Shown: piece after piece, positions 42,598 through 53,145 of the stretch
Numbering within the stretch: position 1 is the stretch's first letter
Layout: the number at the start of each line of letters is the position of its first letter
Source of the DNA: a virus
Lineage: Duplodnaviria > Caudoviricetes
DNA length: 64,000 bases
Direction: 5' to 3' (one strand)
IMG/VR virus record: IMGVR_UViG_2528311002_000006
Span: 25,162-89,161 of that record
Made by a program: the position numbers and the translations under genes
The notes under the pieces: generated by a model
Told to the model about the DNA's origin: nothing
Database searches by the model: none
Seen by the model: the letters and a program-made list of their open reading frames with translations, nothing else

Positions 42598-43635
42598 ATG
42601 CTCACACCCAAGGGACAGATTCAACGAGAGGGAAGCGTCAGCTTCTGTGATGCAAGCATCAGCATCTGGGAAGAAGGCATACCCCAAGAGTGGAAAGCCA
42701 AGGTAGCTTGGGAGCTGGCTTTCAAGCGCCAAGTCTTCGCTCGCATTGTGCAGACGCTCAACCGGATCGGTTGGACATGCGAGGTGCCGGAGGATTACAT
42801 CAAGCAGTACAGCCTGTCTTTTGCCCGCCAGTACCGCTTTTGTCACAAAGGCGAACTCAAGGGGTGGCTTGAACTCAGTGGCCGGGTCATCCGGTTTGAA
42901 ATGTGGCAGGGAGTGAACACCCCAACTCGGCCAGACCACGGTGGCCGCTATGAATCCGACAAGGAAGGCTGCATGCCTTACCAGCTGCGCTTGGACATGG
43001 AACGAACCCGCCGCCGAATTCGGGACTATCTGTGTAATGTCTTCAGTGGCTACGTATTTGACCCAAAGAACCGCAGCCATGACCACAAACCGCTGTTCAT
43101 CACTGCCATAGACCGGATCAAAGGCAAATCCGGCTCTCGGATGCAGGAGCCTGACTACTACCACAGCAAGTCGGCAGACGGTCAGCAGCTGCAAAACGGC
43201 ATGCGCGTCTATTTCTACGATTACAAAGGACGCATGGGAACTGGCATTGCCTATTGCGATGGCGGTATGTGGGATCTGGTTACCGGGAAATGGGATTGGG
43301 CACGCAAGTGCAACAGCGAGTTGTACGTTCGGTGCCCTGGCAACCCACGCATCAAGAACAACGGTCGCCTGCGCCGCCAGCGCCTGGAGGACTTGATGGG
43401 CAAAGCCATCAAGGCCATGGACTTCAAGCGCGCCGAAGTGCTTAAAGGGATCTTGTGGCCGGCACCCGAGCCTCTCTATCTCATCAGGAAAGACGATGCC
43501 TATTTCCGTCCCAATTACAGCGGCTACACCACCGACACGGTACATGCCGGGAAATACACAGCCGCAGAGCTGAAGCCCTACGCCGCCGATATCGAGCGCG
43601 GCGACTTGAAGGCCATCCCCCTTGCAGCCGCATAA
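42598..43635 (+). CDS. Hypothetical phage protein
   Basis: 345 aa; C-terminal YFRPNYSGYT..AGKY. Confidence 0.75.
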   Translation: MLTPKGQIQREGSVSFCDASISIWEEGIPQEWKAKVAWELAFKRQVFARIVQTLNRIGWTCEVPEDYIKQYSLSFARQYRFCHKGELKGWLELSGRVIRFEMWQGVNTPTRPDHGGRYESDKEGCMPYQLRLDMERTRRRIRDYLCNVFSGYVFDPKNRSHDHKPLFITAIDRIKGKSGSRMQEPDYYHSKSADGQQLQNGMRVYFYDYKGRMGTGIAYCDGGMWDLVTGKWDWARKCNSELYVRCPGNPRIKNNGRLRRQRLEDLMGKAIKAMDFKRAEVLKGILWPAPEPLYLIRKDDAYFRPNYSGYTTDTVHAGKYTAAELKPYAADIERGDLKAIPLAAA

Positions 43636-43658
43636 CCGACAACCACGAAAGACCAAAA

Positions 43659-43976
43659 ATGAGTAGCTATAAAGAACTGGTGGCCCAGCGCGAGGCCCTG
43701 GACACACGCATTGCTACTGAGTACGCCCGCCTGCGCCTCGAAGCCATCGTGACCGTCAAAGACCTGCGCGATACCTACGACCTCACTGAGGCTGACATTT
43801 TTTCGCCCGCCACCGGCGAGCGCGCCCAGCGCCAGCCCGCCAAAGTCGCCCCCAAGTACCGCGACCCGAGCACGGGCAACACATGGACTGGACGCGGCAA
43901 GCCCCCAGCTTGGATACGCGACAAAGACCGCTCCGCCTTCCAGATCATCGCGGCCCCGCTGTCCGCCAGCCAATAA
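43659..43976 (+). CDS. H-NS-family histone-like protein
   Basis: KVAPKYRDPSTGNTWTGRGKPPAW. Confidence 0.9.
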   Translation: MSSYKELVAQREALDTRIATEYARLRLEAIVTVKDLRDTYDLTEADIFSPATGERAQRQPAKVAPKYRDPSTGNTWTGRGKPPAWIRDKDRSAFQIIAAPLSASQ

Positions 43977-44039
43977 CGGCACACCCCATTTCAATGCCAA
44001 GCCCGCCACAGAGCGGGCTTCGTCTTTTTAGGATACACG

Positions 44040-46109
44040 ATGAAGCGCGACGACTTCACTCTGCCGCTGGACTTTGGGCGCGAGTTGATCATTGACAACT
44101 TCGCCGGCGGAGGCGGCACCAGCAAGGGTCTTGAATGGGCCTTTGGGCGCCATGTTGACATCGCCATCAACCATGACCCCGAAGCGCTGGCCATGCATGC
44201 GATCAATCACCCATACACCAAGCATTTGTGCGAGAGCGTGTGGGAGGTTGACCCGATTGCCGTCACTGGCAATCGACCGGTGGGCCTGGTCTGGCTGTCA
44301 CCGGATTGCAAGCATTTCAGCAAGGCCAAGGGCGGTACACCTGTTTCCAAGAAGATACGCGGCCTGGCTTGGGTGGGGCTGCGCTGGATCGCCAAGACCA
44401 AGCCGCGCATCATGATGCTGGAGAACGTCGAGGAGTTCCAAGACTGGGGGCCCCTGGTGGTGGATGCCAACGGCAATGCCCGACCAGATCCCAAAAAGAA
44501 GGGCCGCACCTTCAAGTCGTTTGAGCGTCAGCTCCGAGCCCACGGCTACAGCGTCGAATGGCGCGAGCTGCGCGCCTGCGATCAGGGTGCACCCACCATT
44601 CGCAAGCGCCTGTTCCTCGTTGCGCGCCGAGACGGCATACCCATCCACTGGGGCGGGCCGTCCCATGCCACACCAACGGATCACCGAGTTATTGCTGGGC
44701 TGCTTGCGCCACACCGGACTGCTGCACAGTGCATTGATTTCGACTTGCCCGCCGAAAGCATCTTCGGCCGCAAGCGCGATCTGGTGACCAATACGCTGCG
44801 TCGAGTCGCAAAGGGAGTATTTCGTCATGTGCTGAATACGACCACGCCCTTTATCGTGAACACCCGCAACGGTGAACGCGAGGGGCAAGAGCCTCGTATC
44901 CGCGATGTGGACGCCCCGTACTGGACTGTGACCGGCCAGGGATCTCAGGGCGCGCTCGCGGCTCCAGTGCTCGCCCCGTTCATCAATGAGCACGCCAATG
45001 CCAGTAATCAACGCACCATGCCGGCCGACCAGCCGCTGCGCACGGTATGCGCGCAAGTCAAGGGTGGGCACTTCTCCGTAGTTACCTCGGAGCTGCACCC
45101 ACTGATCTCCGAGGATCGCGCCGCGCAGATCATCGTGCCTCTGAGAGGCACCAGCGAGCAGCACCTGGGAGCGCACAGCGTTCAAACGCCCTTGTCCACC
45201 GTTTCCGCGGGTGGCCGCCACCATGCCCTAGCTGCGGCCCACATCACCAAGTTCAACACTGGCTCTGTCGGTAGCTCGCTGAATGAGCCCTTGCCCACCG
45301 TCACGGCAGGCGGGAAACCGAAGCGCCCCAGCACGGGCATCACTATGGGGATGGTCGCAGCGCATTTGGTAGACATGGGCCACGGCGAAGGGCCTGCAGG
45401 GGGGAAGCGTTGGAGTCACGGAACGCGCAACATTGAAATGCCGTTGAACACCGTCACGGCCAGCGGCGCAACCAGTGCGTTGGCCGCCGTTTGCCTGGAG
45501 CAGGCCTATGGGGGTTTCTATGACGGGGATGGTCGCACGGCCGACGAGCCGCTTTCGACCATCACCACCAGCGGAACCCAGCAGCGCCTGATAACTGCTT
45601 GCCTTGTCAAGTATTACAGCGAAGGCGGCCAGGACAGCAGCTGCAGCCAGCCCATGCATACCGTCCCCACGAAGGCGCGCATGGCCCTGGTGCAAACCGC
45701 CAAGGTACCTGCTTCCCGCCTGGCGCCCGAGCATGCCCAGCGCGCCAAGCTGTGCGCTGACCTGCTGCGCGAGCATCTGCCCGATCAGTTCCCAGAAGCC
45801 GCTGACGTTGTGCTGATGTGGCACAGCGGCCAATGGTGGGCCCTGGTTGACATCACCCTTCGCATGCTCAAGCCCCGTGAGCTCGCCCGAGCCCAAGGGT
45901 TTCCCGACAGCTACCAGATTGAAGAGATCCCAGACCCGGCGATCTTGTTCAAGGATGGTGTGCAGGCTGTAGACGATCCACGGGACATCCCGCGCATCAA
46001 GCTCAGCACCACCGCCCAGGTGCGAATGATCGGCAACAGCGTCAGCCCGTATATGGCAGCGGCGCTGGCAAGGTGGAATTTTCAACACGAAGCTCGGATG
46101 TATGCCTGA
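44040..46109 (+). CDS. DNA (cytosine-5) methyltransferase
   Basis: DNFAGGGG, SPDC, ENV, RKRLF, IGNSV. Confidence 0.92.
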   Translation: MKRDDFTLPLDFGRELIIDNFAGGGGTSKGLEWAFGRHVDIAINHDPEALAMHAINHPYTKHLCESVWEVDPIAVTGNRPVGLVWLSPDCKHFSKAKGGTPVSKKIRGLAWVGLRWIAKTKPRIMMLENVEEFQDWGPLVVDANGNARPDPKKKGRTFKSFERQLRAHGYSVEWRELRACDQGAPTIRKRLFLVARRDGIPIHWGGPSHATPTDHRVIAGLLAPHRTAAQCIDFDLPAESIFGRKRDLVTNTLRRVAKGVFRHVLNTTTPFIVNTRNGEREGQEPRIRDVDAPYWTVTGQGSQGALAAPVLAPFINEHANASNQRTMPADQPLRTVCAQVKGGHFSVVTSELHPLISEDRAAQIIVPLRGTSEQHLGAHSVQTPLSTVSAGGRHHALAAAHITKFNTGSVGSSLNEPLPTVTAGGKPKRPSTGITMGMVAAHLVDMGHGEGPAGGKRWSHGTRNIEMPLNTVTASGATSALAAVCLEQAYGGFYDGDGRTADEPLSTITTSGTQQRLITACLVKYYSEGGQDSSCSQPMHTVPTKARMALVQTAKVPASRLAPEHAQRAKLCADLLREHLPDQFPEAADVVLMWHSGQWWALVDITLRMLKPRELARAQGFPDSYQIEEIPDPAILFKDGVQAVDDPRDIPRIKLSTTAQVRMIGNSVSPYMAAALARWNFQHEARMYA

Positions 46110-46170
46110 GCCAAGAGAGCCATGAACCCAGCCCGCCGCCGCGCGGGCTTCACTCATTTTGGGAGCCAAT

Positions 46171-47250
46171 ATGCAAGACAAGACCCCCCCGTCTCACAAT
46201 TCCCTTAGCCATATGCCGCCGCAGGGATATTTCGACGAGCAAGAGGCCATGGCCAAGCTTGTCCCTATCGCGGACGAGTTGGTTGCACTGGTTCAAAAAG
46301 TGCGAGCCCCGCAATGCCTGCACCAGATTCAGGAGCCAGCCGCAGCAGAACAAGCCGCATGGCATGCAGGCCTGGACGAAGGCCGGGCACAGGAAGCGCC
46401 CGCAGCCGTGGCAGTGCCTACCCAGGCGCTAACTGGCGAAGCGCGTGCAGAAAAGATCAGGGGACTTGCTCCAATTCGCGCCAAGCTGTCCGCAGCAGCA
46501 GACGTGGCAGTGCCTGATGGGTGGCACGCGCCTGGATTGGGAGAAGTGCATAACGAAGATCACACGCAGATGATCTATTGCGCAGACGGCGATGGCGTTG
46601 CCTCTGATGACCTCGCCAGAAAAGTCCGCGCCGCGCTTGCCGCCACCCCGGCACCAGATGCGCAAGTGCCCCAAGGGTCCTACGTTTCAACTTCAGGGGA
46701 GCTGAAACCGGACGTTTCTGTCTATTCCACCCCAGCAGCCGTGCCAGTGGTGCTGCCTGAGCCTGATGCAGTCATCAGCGAACTGATGGGGCTAGTGGAT
46801 GAATGGGGCATGGAATCCCATTTGCGCGGAGCGGCAGAGCTAGACGCTCAACACTCTGAAGCAACTCAAGAGGAAATTGATTGCGCAAAAGACAGGGCCT
46901 CGAAAGAGCGCGCCGCATGGAAAGCCATCGAATCCAAGCTGCGCGCCCTGCTGGCCCAGGCCGCAACTGCAGCAGCACCATCGCACCCCGCAGAGGGAGT
47001 GCCGGCAGTGGAGCAAGGCGAAGTGCTTGTGACCGTTTCAGGTTTCACAGGCTCCGGCAAGAGCGCGATTGCAGGGGAAATCGAAATCCTGTGTCGCGCG
47101 CTCGGCCTGCAAGTCGAATGGCCCGATGGCGACTCTGAAAAGAACATGACGCATGCCGACTGGACTGAAGCGCTGGAGCTGTACAAGCCGCGCGTCCGCA
47201 TCGTTGAGTGCAGCGTACCTCACCCATTTGTGAAAGGCCAAGATAAATGA
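46171..47250 (+). CDS. Mosaic hypothetical protein with C-terminal P-loop
   Basis: GFTGSGKS; modules shared with 47247 and 58399. Confidence 0.7.
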   Translation: MQDKTPPSHNSLSHMPPQGYFDEQEAMAKLVPIADELVALVQKVRAPQCLHQIQEPAAAEQAAWHAGLDEGRAQEAPAAVAVPTQALTGEARAEKIRGLAPIRAKLSAAADVAVPDGWHAPGLGEVHNEDHTQMIYCADGDGVASDDLARKVRAALAATPAPDAQVPQGSYVSTSGELKPDVSVYSTPAAVPVVLPEPDAVISELMGLVDEWGMESHLRGAAELDAQHSEATQEEIDCAKDRASKERAAWKAIESKLRALLAQAATAAAPSHPAEGVPAVEQGEVLVTVSGFTGSGKSAIAGEIEILCRALGLQVEWPDGDSEKNMTHADWTEALELYKPRVRIVECSVPHPFVKGQDK

Positions 47251-48380
47251 ACGTCCAGATACCAGTGAAATGGCTGCAAGAGCTACTGGCTCTCTGTAGC
47301 CCAGAGGATCACGAGTTGCGCGAGCGCGTCATGGCGTCAATAACAGCTATGAATGAGCAGGCAGCCAGGCCAGTGGTGACACCAGAGCCTGATGCGGCCA
47401 TCAAGGAAGTAATGGAGCTGGTAGGGACGGCAATGGACTCCGCAATGAAAGCTGGAGAGCTACTGCTTGATTCGCATGAAAAGTTTAATGCTCAGTTTGC
47501 ATCAGCAAAAAGCCTGAAGAATTCCATTGAATCCAAGCTGCGCGCCCTGCTGGCTGCTGGTGGAGAGGCGCAGGCTGCTCCGGCGTTCTACGCGGCGCTG
47601 GGAAGCAATGGTTGCGCGCTGCCCCAATACTCTGCAGGCACCGAAGAAGGCGTGATTCTCAATGTCTTGAGCGTGGCGCGCAATGAGGGCTACACGGGAT
47701 CGGGGCTTGATCGCTTGATTGAGCTTGGCTGGGTTGTTCGCCCTGTTTACACCCGCCCTACCCCAGCGACTGCTGATTCGCTGGCTACTGCTACCGGACT
47801 TCCCGCGCAGGCGGTGCTTGATTACCCATGGCGTGACCGTCTACTGGATGGGCGGGAGCTGGTACGCGATCAGCAGGGCTTTGCCGAGCATCCCGAGCTT
47901 CCGCTGCTGGATGAAGGCATGAAGCCGCGCGCATTCTTCGCCGCCCTGGGTGTAGAGATGAAGCACACCATGGCCGAGGACGATCTGACCATGGACGAAT
48001 ACGACGCCATGAACGACGCTGAGAACTGGAGCGCCTGGACACCACGGCCGCCCATCGGTGATGGCTGGAATCTCGTCGCCATATTCGACACTGAGGATGG
48101 GCCGGCAGCATGGTGGGCACGCGCTCAGGAGACTACGCCCCCTGCTGCCCAGGATGCACGCGAGTTCTGGGGTGTGATCGCCCCTTGCGGAGAAGGCGTG
48201 TTCTTCAGAAACGAGGCAGATGCTCGATGGACGCAGACCGGGCACGGGTCTGGCTCTGACGGCTTTGGGGTGCCAACCATCGGAGAGGCATTCCGCGAGA
48301 GCTATGAGGATGATGCGCTCGACCTTGTTCGCGTTCACATCATTGCTGCCCCGGAAGCGAAGGAAGAGCAGCAGTCATGA
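47247..48380 (+). CDS. Mosaic hypothetical protein
   Basis: IESKLRALLA module; GWNLVAIFDTEDGP. Confidence 0.7.
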   Translation: MNVQIPVKWLQELLALCSPEDHELRERVMASITAMNEQAARPVVTPEPDAAIKEVMELVGTAMDSAMKAGELLLDSHEKFNAQFASAKSLKNSIESKLRALLAAGGEAQAAPAFYAALGSNGCALPQYSAGTEEGVILNVLSVARNEGYTGSGLDRLIELGWVVRPVYTRPTPATADSLATATGLPAQAVLDYPWRDRLLDGRELVRDQQGFAEHPELPLLDEGMKPRAFFAALGVEMKHTMAEDDLTMDEYDAMNDAENWSAWTPRPPIGDGWNLVAIFDTEDGPAAWWARAQETTPPAAQDAREFWGVIAPCGEGVFFRNEADARWTQTGHGSGSDGFGVPTIGEAFRESYEDDALDLVRVHIIAAPEAKEEQQS

Positions 48381-48547
48381 GCGGAATGTATCTGTATTGC
48401 CAAAACACGGACTGCGGCACTTACTTGGGAAGCCTTGGGGGTGATGAGTGCAATGTGTGCGGATGGACGAACTCAGAACCTGCTCCTGATGCTGATGACG
48501 AACAAACACAGCGCACCGCCCAGGCAGCGCAGGAGAGTGAATCATGA
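48377..48547 (+). CDS. Small Zn-ribbon protein (56 aa)
   Basis: CQNTDC..CNVCG; ATGA overlaps at both ends. Confidence 0.6.
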   Translation: MSGMYLYCQNTDCGTYLGSLGGDECNVCGWTNSEPAPDADDEQTQRTAQAAQESES

Positions 48548-49074
48548 GCCGCAGTGGATACACCGACGACTACGACGAAGACGGAACGGGTGGCCTCTGG
48601 CGCGGGGCTGTAGCACGCGCTATCAAAGGGAAACGCGGGCAAGCGGCCTTGCGCGAAACCCTTGCAGCACTGGAGTCCATGCCACAGAAGGTGCTGATTG
48701 GCGAATCTCTGGTTACGGCTGACGGGGAGTTCTGCACGCTCGGGGCTCTCGGCTCTGCCAGAGGCCTGGACATGCGTGCTGTAGACCCAGATGACTGGGA
48801 CGCCGTGGCCGCGCTATTCGACATCGCACCAGCAATGGTGCGCGAGATTGTCTACGAGAACGACGAAGGCACCGACACTCACGAATGGATCGACGTAGTG
48901 ATCTGCGGGCCAATGCCGCCGTACCACTTCCCGCCCTACGGACACAAGACGCATGAGCGCTCTGTGCGGGTGAGGATTGACCCACTGATCATCGCCAAAC
49001 AGCGCTGGTTGCACATGCACAGCTGGGTAACGAAGCATCTGCCAGCAGCCACGGACGGAGCGCAGCATGGCTAA
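48544..49074 (+). CDS. Hypothetical phage protein
   Basis: MSRSGY..WRGAVARAIKGKRGQ..CTLG. Confidence 0.75.
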   Translation: MSRSGYTDDYDEDGTGGLWRGAVARAIKGKRGQAALRETLAALESMPQKVLIGESLVTADGEFCTLGALGSARGLDMRAVDPDDWDAVAALFDIAPAMVREIVYENDEGTDTHEWIDVVICGPMPPYHFPPYGHKTHERSVRVRIDPLIIAKQRWLHMHSWVTKHLPAATDGAQHG

Positions 49075-49270
49075 ACGACTCGCGGGCAAACGCTGGTTTG
49101 AGGCCATGGGCCGGCGCGCGCGATCCCAAGGCAAGGCCATGTGGCTGGGTCAAGACCGAGAGCAATGGCCGCTTTGGGCGAAGCACGCCTACATGGCTGG
49201 CTACATCGACCAATGGGACAGCGGCATCAAAGCAGTACATCGCGCCCAAGCGCTTCAGTCCAGCGGCTGA
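49067..49270 (+). CDS. Hypothetical protein
   Basis: Coupled start. Confidence 0.55.
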   Translation: MAKRLAGKRWFEAMGRRARSQGKAMWLGQDREQWPLWAKHAYMAGYIDQWDSGIKAVHRAQALQSSG

Positions 49271-49461
49271 GCGAGGGCAATGCCATCGCCTGACTTATCC
49301 ACGTTCGCCAGCTCATTCCTGTGCTCACACCCCGGGCACAGGAAGTAGCAGCCGTGCGCATCCACTTCTGGATCAACGGCGCTAAACATTACAAGCAAGC
49401 CGCAGTGTTTGCATTTCCACATATGACCTCCCGGCCAAAAACGGGAAAACAGGATAGCACC

Positions 49462-49752
49462 ATGACAAAGCGCAAGCGCTATTTTGAGGCGCGCAGCAAT
49501 GAAGGCATATCGTGCCTGGCACTGTGCATCGGCTATGACGCCAGCACTGACGTGATCGCGTCATGGGATGTGACCAAACGCCAAGAATTTGAGATCTACG
49601 CGGAGCGTGTGTCTCTCAAAGCTTCCGATAACCCAGTGCAAGTACCGCCCCGGCCATCATGGCTCCCAGATCCGTGGCAGGGAGCCGATGACGATTGGGG
49701 CAAAGGCCCAACCATCATCCACGACCAGGCAGCGCATGGGGGTGAAGCGTGA
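49462..49752 (+). CDS. Hypothetical protein
   Basis: RBS; coupled stop. Confidence 0.55.
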   Translation: MTKRKRYFEARSNEGISCLALCIGYDASTDVIASWDVTKRQEFEIYAERVSLKASDNPVQVPPRPSWLPDPWQGADDDWGKGPTIIHDQAAHGGEA

Positions 49753-49994
49753 GCGCCCTTCAAATTCAGCAAGAGCGTGAACGAGCCGACTTGCAAAACC
49801 ACAAGGAGCGCGTCGAGTGGCTTAGCGCCCCCTCTCCCAAGTGGTCGTGTGGGACGCCGGTAGATGTCTACATGCACCGAACCTTGCTCACTCAAAGCAA
49901 GGATGCAATCAGGTTCTATGAGCCGCGCGTAGCACAACGCGCTATCGAGCTGGCCGCCAAGGCAGCGCAAGGGGGCCAGCATGGCAGCCGCTAA
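49749..49994 (+). CDS. Hypothetical protein
   Basis: Coupled ORF. Confidence 0.55.
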   Translation: MSALQIQQERERADLQNHKERVEWLSAPSPKWSCGTPVDVYMHRTLLTQSKDAIRFYEPRVAQRAIELAAKAAQGGQHGSR

Positions 49995-50220
49995 AGGAAT
50001 AGACCTGTCAAAGCTGGTGGACTACACCGAGGTCGAAGACGGGCCTTGGTGGCGTGCTGGATCTGGTGATTCCCGATTCGGCCAAGTTGGCCAGCAAATA
50101 GGAGTCGTCAGTCTGAAGCATGCCAGCGGCTACGCAATCGTTATGCAGATGCAGAGCGGGAAGATCGAAACTTTCCGCCCCATGCAACTGTTTCCGTATG
50201 CAGCTCAAGTGGGTGAATGA
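49981..50220 (+). CDS. Hypothetical protein
   Basis: Coupled ORF. Confidence 0.55.
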   Translation: MAAAKGIDLSKLVDYTEVEDGPWWRAGSGDSRFGQVGQQIGVVSLKHASGYAIVMQMQSGKIETFRPMQLFPYAAQVGE

Positions 50221-50438
50221 TGCGCGAATGGTTCAAACGATTCTGGGCACAGTTCCACAGCTGGACATACCGCAACCCTCACGACCGCACATGCACCCAA
50301 TGCGGGCTGAAACAAAACCGCTTTGCCATGAAATACGGCGACACCGGCTGGTGGGAAGACATGAACTATGGACGCCCGGCGCCGTGCAACGCCCAGGCAG
50401 CAGCTAAGGAAGGAGCGCAGCATGGCAATGGAATATGA
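50217..50438 (+). CDS. Small Zn-binding protein
   Basis: HSW..RTCTQCG. Confidence 0.6.
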   Translation: MMREWFKRFWAQFHSWTYRNPHDRTCTQCGLKQNRFAMKYGDTGWWEDMNYGRPAPCNAQAAAKEGAQHGNGI

Positions 50439-50820
50439 CCACCACCGCGTCAGCCCCGAAGGGCGCGCTATTGGAGCTCAGCTGGTGGGCTTGGTTGAAC
50501 CTGTCATCAAGCACCTCGAAGCCCACGGCGATTCTGACGAGCGCTGCAAGTCCTGCGCCTTTCGCGCAGGCACGGTGCCCAACGGCTGCCTGCAGACCAT
50601 GATGGATGCAGTCAAAGCCATGTCTGAGCAAAAGCCGTTTTATTGCCATGTCGAGCGCTACGCAGACGGGTCAAACAAGCTGTGCGCAGGATGGCTTGCC
50701 ACCCAATGGGGTGCAGCAGACCATGAGCCGGTGGCCTGCTCCTGGGAGTTCTCCCCTCCCGATGAGCCGGAGCCGGCAGCACCGGACAAACAGGGGCAGA
50801 AAGAGCAAAGCAATGGCTGA
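50422..50820 (+). CDS. Cys-rich hypothetical protein
   Basis: CKSCAFR..FYCH..CAGW. Confidence 0.7.
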   Translation: MAMEYDHHRVSPEGRAIGAQLVGLVEPVIKHLEAHGDSDERCKSCAFRAGTVPNGCLQTMMDAVKAMSEQKPFYCHVERYADGSNKLCAGWLATQWGAADHEPVACSWEFSPPDEPEPAAPDKQGQKEQSNG

Positions 50821-50989
50821 GCCAGTGCCTTGGCCCCGCGCCGATCCGGTCGCACTGTCCGAATTTGATCCTGCATCAAAGGTTTGCACTCATAACTGCG
50901 GGCAATCCATAGGAGACCCGCGATCCCAAAAAGAATGCCTGTATCTCTGCGACCTTTGCGGTGATGCAGGGAAGGAGAAGAGCAAGTGA
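50813..50989 (+). CDS. Small Cys-rich protein
   Basis: CTHNCG..DPRS..CLYLCDLC. Confidence 0.55.
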   Translation: MAEPVPWPRADPVALSEFDPASKVCTHNCGQSIGDPRSQKECLYLCDLCGDAGKEKSK

Positions 50990-51222
50990 CGCGCCCTCAG
51001 AGAGTTGTCGTTATCGGAGGCGGAAGGCATGCACGACTGGTGGCGCAAGCGTTGCTCGCTGCCAGCGTACCAGTCGTGGCAGCGGATTCCCACCGCGAAG
51101 TTCAAAGGCTGAAACATGAGCCCTCCCCTGGGCCAGAGCCCAAACCTTCCCCATGGGACACGGGCAGTCGCAGGCGCGCCCAGTGGAAAGACGAAACCAG
51201 CAAGCGCGGCCGTAGCCGCTGA
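50986..51222 (+). CDS. Hypothetical protein
   Basis: Coupled GTG start. Confidence 0.5.
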   Translation: MTRPQRVVVIGGGRHARLVAQALLAASVPVVAADSHREVQRLKHEPSPGPEPKPSPWDTGSRRRAQWKDETSKRGRSR

Positions 51223-51233
51223 GAAAGCACGCA

Positions 51234-51920
51234 ATGAGCAAGCAATTTGAACAGATCATGGAACTGGTTCGCATGCATGGCGCGGCGTGGTATGCGAGTG
51301 GATGCCATCAGAGCACGCCTAGCGAAGCCTCTCGATACGAGGCCATCGCCGTGGGGCGCCGCGCCGAGATTGAGGCAGCGCTACTGGAACCCGAGTGCAG
51401 CGCAACCTTGACCGACGAGCAGATCGATGCGGTGTTCAATCAAATGCCCGATGGCGCGAGCGGCTTTCTGAAGTCCTGGGGCTATCGGCAGTTTGCCCGC
51501 CTGCTGCTCTCCACCGCCCAAGCACGACCATCACAGATCGAATCTGACCCAACGACTGGCAATTGGATCTGCGCAGAAGACGTACACCGCCTGGTGCGAG
51601 GCATTGACGTAGCACTGAACGGCGAGCACGGAGCTGCCAAGCAGGCCATGCTGTGCGACATCGCCGGCCTGCTGGAGAACGAACGCAGAAAGCGCGGCGG
51701 GCTGCCGCTGCTTGAGCTTCTGGATGAAGAAAAAGGCGCGGAAAAGCTGGGAAAGGTTGCACAAGCGGTTCGTGATTTCCATTACACCATGGACACGCGC
51801 CAGCATGGCACCGTTGCAGCAGGCAGAGCCCTTGACGCGGTGCAGGCAGCTTTGGGCATGAATTGGGTGCTCGGCGCAGAGGCTGCCCGGCGCGCCTCGG
51901 AAACGCATGACGGCAGCTGA
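51234..51920 (+). CDS. Mosaic hypothetical protein
   Basis: LTDEQI module. Confidence 0.65.
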   Translation: MSKQFEQIMELVRMHGAAWYASGCHQSTPSEASRYEAIAVGRRAEIEAALLEPECSATLTDEQIDAVFNQMPDGASGFLKSWGYRQFARLLLSTAQARPSQIESDPTTGNWICAEDVHRLVRGIDVALNGEHGAAKQAMLCDIAGLLENERRKRGGLPLLELLDEEKGAEKLGKVAQAVRDFHYTMDTRQHGTVAAGRALDAVQAALGMNWVLGAEAARRASETHDGS

Positions 51921-52221
51921 TTTCAGTCGGCAAACCGGGCTGACAACCCGGCAGATGTTGAAAGCCCCTGCCGCTGCCATCTTCGTCTGGTGCACCAATA
52001 GCACCTACTACCCGGCCTCCCTGGCTCAGCACATAGGACGGAATGACCTGAGAGTCGTACCGCGCTTGCAGCTATGTCGGCTTGATGAAGTCGCTTGGCG
52101 GAAGCAGAAGCTCGTAATTGACCACGCCCTGGGCTCTGTTCATAGACTCACCCGCTCTGAACTGGAAGCCATAGGAATGATCAGGCATTTCAATCAGCTG
52201 GTAGAGGCGGAGCAACCATGA
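51907..52221 (+). CDS. Hypothetical protein
   Basis: RQTGLTT...LVIDH. Confidence 0.6.
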   Translation: MTAADFSRQTGLTTRQMLKAPAAAIFVWCTNSTYYPASLAQHIGRNDLRVVPRLQLCRLDEVAWRKQKLVIDHALGSVHRLTRSELEAIGMIRHFNQLVEAEQP

Positions 52222-52571
52222 GTTACTGGCATTGCCCCAACTGCGGAGGGATACCCGGGGTTACGGCTTGCTGCAGCAGCGCACCAGCGCCAGCTGCGAT
52301 CCCCGACCCTGCGCCACCCTCTGCCAAAGTCATCCAGCTTGACGACCACCGGCCCCACCTGACCTTCACCACCCACGCGGATAAGGTTCATGTGATCCCT
52401 GTTTCCTTCTTTATGGATGCAGCCAGAGGCAAGCAACCCATAGATAACCTGGGTGAGCACCGCGACGCCATTCTGCGCGTTGTGCTGGGCGAATGGCTTT
52501 CAATGCTTGGCGTGGCCACAGCGGAGCAACTGCTCACAAAGGATGCCGAACCATGCCCGGACGAGTCCTAA
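52218..52571 (+). CDS. Hypothetical protein
   Basis: Coupled start. Confidence 0.6.
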   Translation: MSYWHCPNCGGIPGVTACCSSAPAPAAIPDPAPPSAKVIQLDDHRPHLTFTTHADKVHVIPVSFFMDAARGKQPIDNLGEHRDAILRVVLGEWLSMLGVATAEQLLTKDAEPCPDES

Positions 52572-52724
52572 ACCGCCTGAAGCTGGCGGCCCAGTGCAGC
52601 CTGGCTGTGTGCGTGACGCTGGGTGCATTCGGCATGCCAGACACGGACAAACGCAAGTTGCCACTCACCGCCTATGGCGCAATCCTGCTGCATGCAGGCA
52701 TCACAAGAAGCAAGAGAAATCCCA

Positions 52725-52886
52725 ATGAGCAAGCGAGCCAGAACCCAGCGTGACAAGCGCGCCGAGGCGGATGCGATCAACCAATCCAGCCACGACGCCG
52801 AGGACGACCAAGACAGTGACTTCTGGCGCGAAATCGAAGACCAGCACAGCCCGCAGCAAAGCGGGCTTTCTTTTTACGGAAATTGA
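52725..52886 (+). CDS. Small protein with Arg-rich N-terminus
   Basis: [16 protein letters not shown]. Confidence 0.4.
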   Translation: MSKRARTQRDKRAEADAINQSSHDAEDDQDSDFWREIEDQHSPQQSGLSFYGN

Positions 52887-52890
52887 AAGC

Positions 52891-53136
52891 ATGCACCAGA
52901 CCTGCACTGCACACCAAGCTATCCAGTGGACGGGCACCGACACCCAGCCGCCCGAACCCATGGACTACCTCTGCGCCGTCGAAACCGACGAAGGCGAGCA
53001 GACGCACACGCTGCACTGGGACGGCAAGAACTGGATTCACGAAGGGGAGCCGACTTTCAGCAAGTCCTACCTCTTCTCCCCCTATGCCTGGGCCAAGGCC
53101 ATCAAGCCACCGCCCCGCAACCTCTTCCCCGAATAA
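52891..53136 (+). CDS. DUF551-like small protein
   Basis: W....PP...YLC...WDGKNW...AW. Confidence 0.55.
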   Translation: MHQTCTAHQAIQWTGTDTQPPEPMDYLCAVETDEGEQTHTLHWDGKNWIHEGEPTFSKSYLFSPYAWAKAIKPPPRNLFPE

Positions 53137-53145
53137 GGTGAACTT

